From: Candidatus Collierbacteria bacterium RIFOXYD2_FULL_45_13
GTDB lineage: Bacteria > Patescibacteriota > Microgenomatia > UBA1400 > MFAQ01
DNA length: 64,000 bases
Assembly (NCBI GenBank): GCA_001774685.1
Contig: MFAS01000001.1
Coordinates: 897,252 to 961,251, forward strand
Direction: 5' to 3'
The stretch's first letter is position 1; every line of letters begins with the position of its first letter. Below the pieces are notes generated by a model, which worked only from the letters and a program-made list of their open reading frames with translations, made no database searches and was not told where the DNA came from. A program made the position numbers and the translations under genes. This document shows positions 1-9,752 of this stretch, piece by piece.

Positions 1-162
1 CAGACCATAAGATCCTGCCATCAGACAAAAACCCATGATCGTCAAGAGCAGCATGATTTTGAAAAACTGGTTTTCAAAGCTGCGAACGTTCCACATAATC
101 AAGAGAAACGCAAAGTACAGCAGACCCAGGACAACCACAAACAGACCAAACGATGCTTCCAT
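1..162 (-). CDS. small membrane protein, 3' end outside window; paralog of 591-827, 854-1090 and 1223-1450
   Basis: Manual translation MEASFGLFVVVLGLLYFAFLLIMWNVRSFENQFFKIMLLL...; AAGGAG SD upstream; not in ORF track. Confidence 0.75.
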   Translation of the reverse strand, partial: MEASFGLFVVVLGLLYFAFLLIMWNVRSFENQFFKIMLLLTIMGFCLMAGSYGL

Positions 163-272
163 CTCTATACTCCTTTAAAAATTTCAATTTGCGAACTTCA
201 AGTATTATACACCTCCGAATATATAGGACAGTTATGCTATAATTGTGCACAAATCTACTTCCGGAGGCAACC

Positions 273-506
273 TTGACAAAGCTGAAACCTGTTCTCTTCT
301 TTATGGCAACCATGCTCCTCTATCTGGTCGCTTTCTTCTTTTGGCAAACCCCCATTTTGAGTATCATCATCATGATCCTCGCCATGGGCTGCTCGTTCAC
401 TGGAGATTACTTCGTTGTTGGCACTAAGTGGGAGAAAAGGCTCTATTTCCTGGCCACAACCATGCAAATCATCCCCATTGTACTCTGGGCTTTCCTCATC
501 TTTTAA
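273..506 (+). CDS. small hydrophobic membrane protein
   Basis: TGcTATAAT promoter, GGAGG SD before TTG 273, 2-3 TM segments, terminator at 518-542. Confidence 0.65.
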   Translation: MTKLKPVLFFMATMLLYLVAFFFWQTPILSIIIMILAMGCSFTGDYFVVGTKWEKRLYFLATTMQIIPIVLWAFLIF

Positions 507-590
507 TCAAGCTCCCTCCCCGCCTCCCTGGCGGGATTTTTTGCACAAAAAATCCCGTACACAATGTACGGGATTAATAAGAAAATCGGA

Positions 591-827
591 CTACTCGTCG
601 AGCAGAGTTCCGCCCAGAATCACGAACTGAACTCCCAGGTTGACGATCCACACCAGGACTACGATCGTTGAACCGGACAGAGCCGCGAACAGAATGATCA
701 CGAGCAAAAAGAGGATTTTGAAAATCACGTATTCGACGGTGCGCACCTTCCACATGAGAAGCAACATCATCAAGTACAGCAACCCCAACCAAACAACAAT
801 CAGACCAAAAGGTAACTCCATAAACAT
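591..827 (-). CDS. small 3-TM membrane protein (paralog family A)
   Basis: GGAGG SD; shares LY..M, YVIFKI, IWIVNL.QF..LD motifs with 1223-1450. Confidence 0.75.
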   Translation of the reverse strand: MFMELPFGLIVVWLGLLYLMMLLLMWKVRTVEYVIFKILFLLVIILFAALSGSTIVVLVWIVNLGVQFVILGGTLLDE

Positions 828-853
828 TTAAGCCTCCAATACTCAAATCCAGT

Positions 854-1090
854 TTAGGTACGGGGATTGATGCGTCGGGAGATCAAAACTCCCAGCTGAA
901 CGAATCCAAAAATTCCCCAAAACACGGCTGGTGCATACAGACCACCTGCCAGATCAAAGGCCACAACCAAGATCGTAACGAGAAGCTGAAGCAGTCTGGA
1001 TTCAAAAGACCTGTCCATGGTGAAAATCATGGCCAAATACAACACGGTCATCAAGGTTCCAAGGACAATAAACGTAGCTTCAAGGATCAT
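854..1090 (-). CDS. small 3-TM membrane protein (paralog family A)
   Basis: AGGAG SD; LY..M, RSFE, GGLY motifs shared with neighbours. Confidence 0.75.
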   Translation of the reverse strand: MILEATFIVLGTLMTVLYLAMIFTMDRSFESRLLQLLVTILVVAFDLAGGLYAPAVFWGIFGFVQLGVLISRRINPRT

Positions 1091-1222
1091 TTTTCTCCTC
1101 TTGAGTCATTCAGAATTTCAATTTTGCGAACTTCGCCATAATTATAATACCCTATAGGCTACATGTCAAGCCTGGCGTTAAAAATCCCGCACATAATGTA
1201 CGGGAAATTGTGGAAACCAGGT

Positions 1223-1450
1223 TTAGTCATCAAGGATCATGTAAAGGAGCAAGAATTGGATTGCCAGGTTGACGATCCAGATGATGGCTGAGAAGTACAA
1301 GCCACCCAGCACACAAAAAAGGGTGATCGCGAGAACAAAGAATATCTTGAAGATTACGTAATCAAGAGTCTGCACGTCCCGCAAGATCACGAGCATAATC
1401 ACATAGAGTATGCACAAAATGACTGCCGTAATACCAAAAGTAAGTTCCAT
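1223..1450 (-). CDS. small 3-TM membrane protein (paralog family A)
   Basis: GGAGG SD; clear similarity to 591-827. Confidence 0.75.
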   Translation of the reverse strand: MELTFGITAVILCILYVIMLVILRDVQTLDYVIFKIFFVLAITLFCVLGGLYFSAIIWIVNLAIQFLLLYMILDD

Positions 1451-1462
1451 GTGAACCTCCTA

Positions 1463-1723
1463 CTATCGCTTCTCGCTTACATGAACGAGCTTCGTCTCGA
1501 AAGTCAGAACGTATGCACGGTGACGATCAGGCACGTCTACCGTCCGCTTGCACTTCGGACAATCGCACCAGAGACTTTTATATCCACCCATCTCACCCTG
1601 AGAATAGCCTTCCGAGATTTTGATTTCGTCAGGATGTTCCGGTGTAAAACGCTGGTCACAATGGCCACACTCCATTGCAATCTCACGATCAAATGTGACT
1701 GTTACGGTGCTCAAAAGTTTCAT
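1463..1723 (-). CDS. small zinc-ribbon protein
   Basis: CGHC...CPKC pairs; AAGGA SD; TATAAT promoter near 1768. Confidence 0.65.
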   Translation of the reverse strand: MKLLSTVTVTFDREIAMECGHCDQRFTPEHPDEIKISEGYSQGEMGGYKSLWCDCPKCKRTVDVPDRHRAYVLTFETKLVHVSEKR

Positions 1724-1791
1724 ATCCAGTCCTTTCTACTTGAGAATTTCAAGGTGTTTCAACCTATATTATACCCCAGTTCCATCAGTTC

Positions 1792-3342
1792 TCAACCCAG
1801 ACTTTTGGTCATATACTCCTCCTCAAGATCATACCCCAGCTTCTTGTAATACTCCCTGGTGCCGATAGCCGAAATTACCGCCATTTTCTTGAAACCCCGA
1901 TCTAGAGCAATCCCCTCCGCCTCCACCATCAACCTCTTCCCTAAACCCCTATGCTGACTCTCACTTCCTCCTGACTTGAGTTCTTGAGTTCTTGATTCCT
2001 TGAGTTCTCTTTCTATCTCCTTCACTTGTCCATATGTATGCACTTCACGAATTATGGCCGAGCCCTCCAGCTCTTTAAACAGCATATTCTCTCCGGCATC
2101 AGGCAACCTCAATCTCAGCATTGAAAACAACATATCTCCACTCTCAAACGATAAAAATATTTCTTTTCCACCCAAGGTTTCCCTTTCATCAATCGCGAGT
2201 TGTATTTCAGCATTATAAACACCGGCGCGGACTTCACGACAGCGGATACATCGGCACTTCTTTCCTTCCTTTTTAAGCTCTTCTTGGAGCATCTGCCTCA
2301 GATTCGTTCTCAAAGTCCCGGAACTTACCCACTGTTTACTGATATCCCGAACCAACCGGTCAATCCGGCACCAGCGGGGCGTCATCTTTTTTATCTCTTT
2401 CAAAACTCGTATCAAATCCGTGTCGTTGTAACTTTTATACTCCCCCCGCTTCCACATATTGAACAGCTCCGTCCCTGGGATCACCATAGCAGGATAAACT
2501 TTCAGGTAATCCGGCTGAAAACGAGGATCCGTAAACATAATCTTTGCCATCTCGATATCTTTTTCCGGTGTGCTTCCCGGGAGATTGGGCATAAAGTGGT
2601 AGCAAATCTTGATTCCTGCATTCCGGCACATCCTCGTGGCTTCGGCTACTTCGTCCAAAGAATGTCCCCTGTTTATTTTTTGCAATATTTGCTCATCAAA
2701 TGCCTGCACTCCCAGTTGAACTTTGGTTACCCCCATCTTTCTCCAGAGCACTATTTCTTCTTCGGTCACCCAGTCGGGTCTGGTTTCTACCGAGATACCC
2801 ACGATTCGTCTTTCTCCCGTCTCGTTGTATTTCTGCGCTTCCACTAGACTGCCAGCCTCAAAGCCATTTACCCCATCGTACATGCCCTTGAAAAACTCCA
2901 GTTTGTACTCATCGGGATAAGCCGAAAAGGTTCCTCCAATCACAATCAAATCAATTTTATTGGTAATGTGTCCGGTCTCTTCCAGCTGTTTCAGTCTCAT
3001 TTCTACTTGTAGATATGGATCAAACTTAAGCTTCTTGGCCCTCTGGGCGGCCGGCTCGTCCGATAGATAAGACTTCGGCATACCGGCCTCTAAGGGACAA
3101 TAAACACACTCCCCGGGGCAGTAGTGCGGTTTCATCATCACGGCAAATGGCGCAACCCCTGACTCCGTCCGCACACTTCTGGTCTTATACAACTCTCTGA
3201 TTTCCTCATCCCCCACAAAAGGCCATATTTCCGAGTTCTTAGGCATCCTCCCAAGCACCTTGGCCCATACCCGTCGATAGTCCTCCAAATTCTCAGGAGT
3301 GAGTTTTTCCGCATCCCTTCGCACCATTTCTTCAATTGACAT
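1792..3342 (-). CDS. elp3: Elp3 radical SAM/KAT tRNA U34 carboxymethyl-forming enzyme
   Basis: CPGECVYCP, GGTF, ETRPD, DYLKVYP, IIREVHTYG and QHRGLGKRLM motifs; leaderless start 6 nt after TACAAT. Confidence 0.93.
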   Translation of the reverse strand: MSIEEMVRRDAEKLTPENLEDYRRVWAKVLGRMPKNSEIWPFVGDEEIRELYKTRSVRTESGVAPFAVMMKPHYCPGECVYCPLEAGMPKSYLSDEPAAQRAKKLKFDPYLQVEMRLKQLEETGHITNKIDLIVIGGTFSAYPDEYKLEFFKGMYDGVNGFEAGSLVEAQKYNETGERRIVGISVETRPDWVTEEEIVLWRKMGVTKVQLGVQAFDEQILQKINRGHSLDEVAEATRMCRNAGIKICYHFMPNLPGSTPEKDIEMAKIMFTDPRFQPDYLKVYPAMVIPGTELFNMWKRGEYKSYNDTDLIRVLKEIKKMTPRWCRIDRLVRDISKQWVSSGTLRTNLRQMLQEELKKEGKKCRCIRCREVRAGVYNAEIQLAIDERETLGGKEIFLSFESGDMLFSMLRLRLPDAGENMLFKELEGSAIIREVHTYGQVKEIERELKESRTQELKSGGSESQHRGLGKRLMVEAEGIALDRGFKKMAVISAIGTREYYKKLGYDLEEEYMTKSLG

Positions 3343-3449
3343 CTCTATATTGTACCTCACAGAACTTGACTTTTAGCCACAACTGTGATATTATATAGGC
3401 TGTTCGTACGTACACTTCCAACTTAAAAAACAGCCCAAGGAGGCCAAAA

Positions 3450-3830
3450 ATGGCAACATTTTCTTTCTACTTCCTCAGTTTTGCCTGGCCTCTGGCTCTA
3501 GGCATCTTTTTTGGACTCCTATCCAACAAAGTAAACCGTGGTTCATTCTGGTGGATCGTCCCCCTCCCTACTCTGGGGATATTAGTCTGCTTGTCACTCT
3601 ACACCAGCGTCTGGTACGGCGTTGCCTTTGCGGTCATGTCTTTGAGCGGACTACTGACCGGAGTAATTTTCAAAAACAGGAACTTGGGAAAGTTCCAAGT
3701 TGGTTTTGTTTGGGGTTTTCTTCCCCTAATTGGCCAGCTAATTGCGATTACCCTATTGCTTATCTCTGGCGATCGCACCACCCACAGTTCTGGAGGAAAT
3801 ATCCAGCACGCTCACGGCAGTCATGATTAG
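3450..3830 (+). CDS. hypothetical membrane protein
   Basis: TTGACT/TATTAT promoter, AGGAGG SD, about 4 TM segments, terminator 3838-3863. Confidence 0.75.
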   Translation: MATFSFYFLSFAWPLALGIFFGLLSNKVNRGSFWWIVPLPTLGILVCLSLYTSVWYGVAFAVMSLSGLLTGVIFKNRNLGKFQVGFVWGFLPLIGQLIAITLLLISGDRTTHSSGGNIQHAHGSHD

Positions 3831-3899
3831 GTTTCAAGCGCCCCGCAATTTGCGGGGCGTTTTCTATGACAAAAGGCCCGGTCACCCGGGCCACGAAAA

Positions 3900-4256
3900 C
3901 TAATTCAAGAAGTAGAAAAGGGCTTCGCTCAACTCACGCTGGTTAACTTCGAATTCGAAGGGGAACCCCGCGTCATCTTCGTTCGGTGAGATAACTACCA
4001 GCTTTTCGCCATTTACATCTAACCCCCAAAAATCCAATTTCCCGACGGTCTGTATTGTACTCAGCTGTTTTAGTGCCATTTCCAACTTTTTTCCATCTAT
4101 CCGGAACTCCATCTTTCCCCTACTTCTTGGAAACTTGATCCACATATACAGATTCGACACCTCGATATATCCACCGGGAACATCCACCATCCAGACTCGG
4201 ATTGGTGCATTCTCGGCCTTCAGGGGTGCTCGCTTCCTGGGTGCGGTATTGGCCAT
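3900..4256 (-). CDS. hypothetical protein
   Basis: GGAGG SD before ATG 4256; own terminator near 3872-3892. Confidence 0.7.
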   Translation of the reverse strand: MANTAPRKRAPLKAENAPIRVWMVDVPGGYIEVSNLYMWIKFPRSRGKMEFRIDGKKLEMALKQLSTIQTVGKLDFWGLDVNGEKLVVISPNEDDAGFPFEFEVNQRELSEALFYFLN

Positions 4257-4348
4257 TTCTACCTCCAAATTTCAAACGTACGATTTTGATTATTTTAGTT
4301 CAATCATTGTGTAAACGCAAGCTATAGGATCTAGTGTAAAATATTCCC

Positions 4349-4987
4349 ATGCCCGAAATTCCCGGAAAAATTCAAGATCTGAGAGCTACTTACAACGAAA
4401 TTGGGATCAATTTTAGCGCCTCACGTGGCTATATCTGGCCAGACCTCAAGCCATTTCTTGTAGATGTAACGGAAAACAATTCTGTCCTTGACGTTGGCTG
4501 TGGTAACGGCAGACTACTACTAGGATTACCGGAAAAAGTTAAATACACCGGTATTGATTTTTCGACTGTATTATTGGAAAAAGCAGTCGGCCTGCATCCC
4601 AACGCCCATTTTATCGAAACAGACATCACCAAACCCGATGTCTGGAATCATTTGCCAAAATTCGATTTTATTTTCTGCATCGCTGTCATTCATCATCTAG
4701 CCACCCGCAAAGACCAGCTCTATGTTCTCACTCAAATCAAAAAACATCTCAAGCCTGGCGGTAGGTGTCTTATCACTGCTTGGAACCTATGGCAACCAAA
4801 GCTCCTCAGACACCACCTAGATCTAAAAACCAAAGTCCAGAACCGCCACCATGTCTACATTCCCTTCCAGGGAAAACCACGCTTCCATTTCGCTCACACC
4901 AAACCCTACCTGGAAGGCCTTCTGCGGGAGGCTGGCTTAAATTTGAACGTGACCAAGACGTCCCGAAACTATCTTCTCCATAACTAA
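4349..4987 (+). CDS. class I SAM methyltransferase, Trm9/ALKBH8-like
   Basis: YNEIG..FS.SR..WP, VLDVGCGNGR, FDFIFCIAVIHHL, LKPGGRCLITAW motifs; leaderless. Confidence 0.85.
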   Translation: MPEIPGKIQDLRATYNEIGINFSASRGYIWPDLKPFLVDVTENNSVLDVGCGNGRLLLGLPEKVKYTGIDFSTVLLEKAVGLHPNAHFIETDITKPDVWNHLPKFDFIFCIAVIHHLATRKDQLYVLTQIKKHLKPGGRCLITAWNLWQPKLLRHHLDLKTKVQNRHHVYIPFQGKPRFHFAHTKPYLEGLLREAGLNLNVTKTSRNYLLHN

Positions 4988-5070
4988 ACGCCTTCTAGTT
5001 GACATCATTTGCCTATTATGAGATAATACTTCTGTTTCATAACTTGTTCGTTAAAAAACGAGGTACTTCG

Positions 5071-5196
5071 ATGAGCCATATGAACTGGAAAGTTATGTCT
5101 GAAAAAGGTGTCGTAGCCCTCGTAGCGGCTGCGGACTATCTCGGGTATCGTATTTATCGACCTGGAACCATGTCTCGACAACTTAGGCACCACTAA
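5071..5196 (+). CDS. putative small protein (41 aa)
   Basis: GAGG SD downstream of a TTGACA promoter; very short. Confidence 0.3.
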   Translation: MSHMNWKVMSEKGVVALVAAADYLGYRIYRPGTMSRQLRHH

Positions 5197-5244
5197 TTTG
5201 CCTATATTTTTCTTTTTAAAATCATGTTCCGTTAGGAGGAATAT

Positions 5245-5709
5245 ATGAATACGCCAAATGAAGACTCGAAAGGTGTTCTGGTCAACGTAGAGAATGTCAG
5301 GATTTACCTACAGGGTAAGTTCGCCATCGGAAAATTTGAAATCAAAGGTGAGAGTGTGGATCTAGCTGTGGGTACACCGGATTCAAAAATTGCGATTACA
5401 GACCATCGTCCAAACACGATTTCTCAACTCAATAATATTCTCAGCGGACAGGCAGATCAGAACTCTTTTGCCAACGCCTTTAACCAACCAGGGCTTATCC
5501 GTGTTTACCTCCGGTTACCAGCTAACGAGGTCCACATTGATATCTATATAGAGGATCCAAAGCTCCCAATTCCAGAACATACTCTCTACTTGGGAGTCAT
5601 CTGGGACCACACGTTTCCAGCGGTAAGTGTTGTCTGGGAAAAATTCGAAACCGTTCGCATTGATGGCCAAGAAGCTATCGCTTTCTGTTCCTTTATTAAT
5701 TTAAAATAA
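5245..5709 (+). CDS. hypothetical protein
   Basis: AGGGAG SD, 154-aa ORF, terminator follows. Confidence 0.7.
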   Translation: MNTPNEDSKGVLVNVENVRIYLQGKFAIGKFEIKGESVDLAVGTPDSKIAITDHRPNTISQLNNILSGQADQNSFANAFNQPGLIRVYLRLPANEVHIDIYIEDPKLPIPEHTLYLGVIWDHTFPAVSVVWEKFETVRIDGQEAIAFCSFINLK

Positions 5710-5801
5710 TTACCCCCCCTGCCATCAGGCGGGGTTCTTTTTTTTAACACACTCTTAAGGAAGTTGACACCTTGTTTCATTTTTGACATACTTAAATTAC
5801 C

Positions 5802-6953
5802 ATGCCAAACGACGACCTCGGCCAGTTCCCCACCCCAGCATCCTCAGCTCCTCCACCTGCGGACCAACAACCGCCAACCTCTACCTCAATCATCGAAGAC
5901 ATCAATGCGCCAGTGACAAACCAAATCTCTTCCGAACCGTTCACCACCCCACCCATCATAAATCCAAGCCTGACATCTGAGAACCGAGACCTAAAATCTA
6001 ATATCGCTCCACCCGCCTTTGAAGAAACCCCGGAGGTCATTCCTTCTTTTAATCCTCCCACTCAGGAGTTACAGACGGATGCCTTACCTCAAGAAACCGC
6101 GTCCTCCCCGGTCCAAGAAACTGTGGTCCAATCCCCCGAACTACCCGATCTCCCCCCGGCACCGGTAGAAATGCCTGCCACAATCGTTCCCAAGGGCGGT
6201 TCCTCCTTTGGTGCATTCATCACCATTATTATTCTACTTATCGCCGGAGTGGCCATTGTTGCCGCTGTTTTTCTATTCTCCCAATCCCAACAGCTAAAAC
6301 AACAGATTCTGGAAATTACCCAAACTTTGGAGAAACAAAAAACAACCGTAACCCCTTCTCCCACACCAACGATCATCGAGTTTCTTACCCCAACTCCAGA
6401 ATCCACCTTGAGTGCCACACCTACCATAACGCTTACGCCCACACCCCTCTCCACCATTTCTGCAGAGACAGCTCTTTCTCTGGCCAATGCCACCAAAGCA
6501 CTTAAAATCGCTGTTAATCATCAGCCAAACGCACAACTCATACTTATTAAGACCGAAAACGCGACCGTCCCTCAAACAGCCAGCACCAAATATTTTTTCC
6601 GCCAAGATCTCACCACCAAAAAATATTTTTATGTCCTGATTACCGATAACCAAGAACCCGAGATCGTCGATAAGGCCATTTACGTTACTCCGGACAATAA
6701 TATTCCTTCTTTAAACGATCTCGTCTTAGGGAACACTCTGGGCATCGACCTCAACGAAGCGGTCGGTTTGGCCAACAGTCTCTGTCTAAGTGGTCTCTGC
6801 AAAACCGCCTATGTCAAAGCTCAGTACATCAAATCCGGGGCAAATGTCATCTGGCAGCTCTCCTTCACTCCCGCCGACACCACCAAGGATACCCTTATTG
6901 TTCAACTGAACGCTCAGACCAAAGCAGTCCTCTTCAAATCTGCTGGCTTCTAA
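5802..6953 (+). CDS. single-pass membrane protein with Pro-rich N-terminus and Thr/Pro linker
   Basis: Pro-rich cytoplasmic part, one TM segment, coiled coil, TPTP linker, PepSY-like C-terminus; architecture common in CPR. Confidence 0.8.
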   Translation: MPNDDLGQFPTPASSAPPPADQQPPTSTSIIEDINAPVTNQISSEPFTTPPIINPSLTSENRDLKSNIAPPAFEETPEVIPSFNPPTQELQTDALPQETASSPVQETVVQSPELPDLPPAPVEMPATIVPKGGSSFGAFITIIILLIAGVAIVAAVFLFSQSQQLKQQILEITQTLEKQKTTVTPSPTPTIIEFLTPTPESTLSATPTITLTPTPLSTISAETALSLANATKALKIAVNHQPNAQLILIKTENATVPQTASTKYFFRQDLTTKKYFYVLITDNQEPEIVDKAIYVTPDNNIPSLNDLVLGNTLGIDLNEAVGLANSLCLSGLCKTAYVKAQYIKSGANVIWQLSFTPADTTKDTLIVQLNAQTKAVLFKSAGF

Positions 6954-6959
6954 TCTTCT

Positions 6960-6998
6960 GTCATTGCGAGTTTCGGTATTCCGAACCGTGGCAATCTC
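6960..6998. repeat. REP-like palindromic element GTCATTGCGAG...CGTGGCAATCTC
   Basis: Second copy at 24969-25005 has the same arms and a different internal hairpin. Confidence 0.7.
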
Positions 6999-7275
6999 AC
7001 TCCACGCTGTCCACATACAATGTTGTTCCACTAAACTCTCCTGTCACCGTAACTGTTTTTCCGGCATATTGTTTTAAATCTACCTTACGACTGGTAATTT
7101 CAGTATTCTTTGTTCCGTCAGAGATCGTAATTAGACTACCAGATACGACCACCATGCCTGTAAAAGTTTTCGTTGGCGTTTCGGTCACCACATCTGCAGG
7201 CTGAGCTACCAAACTGCAACCGCCAAAAAAGACACTACTTACTAAAACACCACCCAATATTAGTTTCTTAGACAT
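6997..7275 (-). CDS. putative lipoprotein, small OB-fold-like domain
   Basis: Signal peptide with FGGC lipobox; GKTVTVTG motif. Confidence 0.75.
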   Translation of the reverse strand: MSKKLILGGVLVSSVFFGGCSLVAQPADVVTETPTKTFTGMVVVSGSLITISDGTKNTEITSRKVDLKQYAGKTVTVTGEFSGTTLYVDSVE

Positions 7276-7385
7276 ATCTTCATAAATAATTACTGACTTA
7301 TTACTTAATCATCTCAGTCTTTGTCAATATACAATCATCATATCAAACTCTTGACTTTCGTATTATTTTCGGTAATACTTGAAAC

Positions 7386-7990
7386 ATGAAATGCGTTCCT
7401 TCTGCCCAGGAATTGACTATACTTTACTGCGACAAAAAACTCTCTCTGTCGGAAATGGCATACACCACCAACCTCAAGATTCACAAGATTCTCTATTGGA
7501 TGGACAAATACGGTATAAAAAGAAGACATAAAAGTGAAGCTAATTACCTTAAAGCAAATCCCAACGGGGAACCATTCAAGATCAAGTCAAAGCTAACAAA
7601 ACGTGAAATTAAATTAAAATATCTGGCCTTAGGATTGTATTGGGGTGAAGGGAATAAAGCTACGAACCATAAAAACCGTGTCACAAACTCCGATCCTGGA
7701 GTAATTAAAATTTCCAAAAATATTTACTTAAGTTGTGCCAAGTACAAGATAACAAAATTCATTATTACCTTCAAACATTCAAGGATAACGACATTAGCAA
7801 AGCGAGGGGCTTTTGGTCCAAACAGTTGTCAGTCAACCCCAACAGAATTAATACCGGTAAACCCGTCCATTCGATGGGTCATGGTACCTACAAGAAAATC
7901 AGCACTTTTGGAGTAATGTCCATTGACCTTTCAAACACCCATCTTAAATCATACATAATGAGTCAACTCAGCAAATTGGGCATGAGATAA
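7386..7990 (+). pseudogene. HTH plus LAGLIDADG-like (GLYWGEG) protein, frameshifted or affected by a sequencing indel
   Basis: ORFs 7386-7916 and 7733-7990 join into IKIFQKYLLKLCQ if one T is added near 7712; family typically lies next to tRNAs in CPR. Confidence 0.65.
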
Positions 7991-8015
7991 GGTAAAATAC
8001 AGTGTTGCTAAACAC

Positions 8016-8086
8016 GCCGGGATAGTTCAGTGGCAGAACAGGTCATTGGTAATGACCAAACTCGAGTCCGATTCTCGGTCCCGGCT
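8016..8086 (+). tRNA. tRNA-Thr(GGT)
   Basis: Cloverleaf GCCGGGA...TCCCGGC; anticodon arm GGTCA-TTGGTAA-TGACC; T-loop TCCGATT. Confidence 0.92.
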
Positions 8087-8110
8087 CACTGGTACAATTA
8101 ATCATCTCCT

Positions 8111-8193
8111 GCCGAGATGGTAGAGTGGTCAAATACTCGGGTCTGTAAAACCCGCGGCGCAAGCCTACGCAGGTTCGAACCCTGCTCTCGGCA
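8111..8193 (+). tRNA. tRNA-Tyr(GTA)
   Basis: Cloverleaf with long variable arm; anticodon loop CTGTAAA; GGTTCGAACC. Confidence 0.95.
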
Positions 8194-8194
8194 C

Positions 8195-8346
8195 TAAATA
8201 AACATCCTCCCCTTGCGGAAGGATGTTTTATTTTGACATTAAGCGGGGTTCGAACTGCCGGAGCCGAACACGTAACGTTTCCCGCGAGGCGGGGTGAGGC
8301 GATGTATCCGTCGACCGAACCTCGGAAAACCCTGCTCTCGGCACCA
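8195..8346. mobile_element. 150-bp element at the tRNA-Tyr 3' end with a duplicated att-like core
   Basis: AACCCTGCTCTCGGCAC at 8178-8194 and 8328-8344 (second copy followed by CA to give CCA); inverted T-arm copy at 8241-8255. Confidence 0.55.
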
Positions 8347-8403
8347 AGGCACAGGTGGTAAAATTCACCAATCTTTGTTTGCATCTTAACATCGGAGGTA
8401 TCT

Positions 8404-8664
8404 ATGAACACCTTTCTTCTCGTCACAGACGTGGTTCTTTTAGCTATATTCGGAGCTTCCATGATCAGTGATTTCGTTCTTTTTGTCCACCAAGGCAGAC
8501 ATCTTGTTCCTTCTTATTATCAGACCATTTCCCTGATCTTTCTGCTTATGGGTATCGTTAATTTCGGCCTAATGGTCTTCATCAGTGAGCTGGCCTTCAA
8601 CCTCTTTCTAATCGCACTGGGGTGCCTATTCATCTCTGCTTGTTACGCATGGTGCGCCAGGTAA
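8404..8664 (+). CDS. small membrane protein
   Basis: GGAGG SD; 3 TM segments. Confidence 0.7.
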   Translation: MNTFLLVTDVVLLAIFGASMISDFVLFVHQGRHLVPSYYQTISLIFLLMGIVNFGLMVFISELAFNLFLIALGCLFISACYAWCAR

Positions 8665-8680
8665 CAACAAGGAGCCTCAA

Positions 8681-9041
8681 AATGACTTTTCAAAGCGGTA
8701 GATGCGTGAACTGCGATTCGCCAATATCCACAGGCATTCTTTGTCAGAGTTGTACCCCAAGCGTGCCCAGCGTAGCAAACCGAGAGCCAACCATCGCTGA
8801 TATGACCTCCGGCCAATCAGGTTATGTGGCTGAATATGCTGTTTTTAAAGCCGAAGGCATGATCATGCTAGTCGGGTCAGCCAAAATCACCACAGAGATC
8901 AGCCGTTATCAGACCGTCCGAATTACCAAGCGGAATGATATTTACGAGGTCGATAGCCAGACCATCGCCAGTTGGGATATCTACGAGGGCTGGCCACAAG
9001 CAAAAGAAGACACCGACTATCTCTTGGCCAAGCTGGTCTAG
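8681..9041 (+). CDS. hypothetical protein with N-terminal Zn finger
   Basis: AGGAG SD; CVNC...CQSC. Confidence 0.7.
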
Positions 9042-9063
9042 ACACTCAATAAAGGAGAACTGT

Positions 9064-9564
9064 ATGTTAATTTTCGCCCGTGGTTTTTCGGAACGTCTCA
9101 ATATCATTGCCACAGCCAATCGTCCCCCGGTGACCACCCTTTCCTTTGCCGAAATCACCGAGCTATGTAAGCTAGCCGGTTATCGTTTATCTAAGGTGAA
9201 CGAAACCATGTTCACCATCTTTCATCATGATGGCAAACACGGTCTGGACAATGGCCTCTATATCATCTGGCACGTCCTTCCGGACCACCGCGGTCTGGCC
9301 TACTATCCTACGTTGCAGCCGTTATATTCCCGCGGTAAAAATCATCAACTGCTGGACGAGATGCTAAAGCACCTTGCCTCGTTTTTGCCCAATATTGGGT
9401 TTAAGTCCGAGATTGTCTTCTCCCTCCAGGAAGAGATCGTGGTTCTTCCGGAAGAACTTAAAGCTCGTAACTCAGGCATTGAAGTTATGCTTCTTTCCGA
9501 GTTCCAAGCCAAGTACAAACCTCTTTACCGCTTCCTGCAAGAAAAAATGGTCACCCCTCGCTAA
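9064..9564 (+). CDS. hypothetical protein
   Basis: AAGGAG SD before ATG 9064; terminator near 9608-9632. Confidence 0.7.
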   Translation: MLIFARGFSERLNIIATANRPPVTTLSFAEITELCKLAGYRLSKVNETMFTIFHHDGKHGLDNGLYIIWHVLPDHRGLAYYPTLQPLYSRGKNHQLLDEMLKHLASFLPNIGFKSEIVFSLQEEIVVLPEELKARNSGIEVMLLSEFQAKYKPLYRFLQEKMVTPR

Positions 9565-9673
9565 TCACCAACCTCGCCACTCGTGGGCAGGGACAGCATT
9601 CATTCTAAAGCCGCGTAAACGCGGCTTTTTTTGTATCTAAATTTCCAAAAAATGGTAAAATTAGCTTCGTAAG

Positions 9674-9747
9674 GCCACCTTAGCTCAGTTGGCTAGAGCG
9701 CCAATTTTGTAAATTGGAAGTCCTGAGTTCGAATCTCAGAGGTGGCT
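9674..9747 (+). tRNA. tRNA-Thr(TGT)
   Basis: GCCACCT...AGGTGGC acceptor stem; CCAAT-TTTGTAA-ATTGG arm; GTTCGAATC. Confidence 0.95.
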
Positions 9748-9752
9748 CAATT

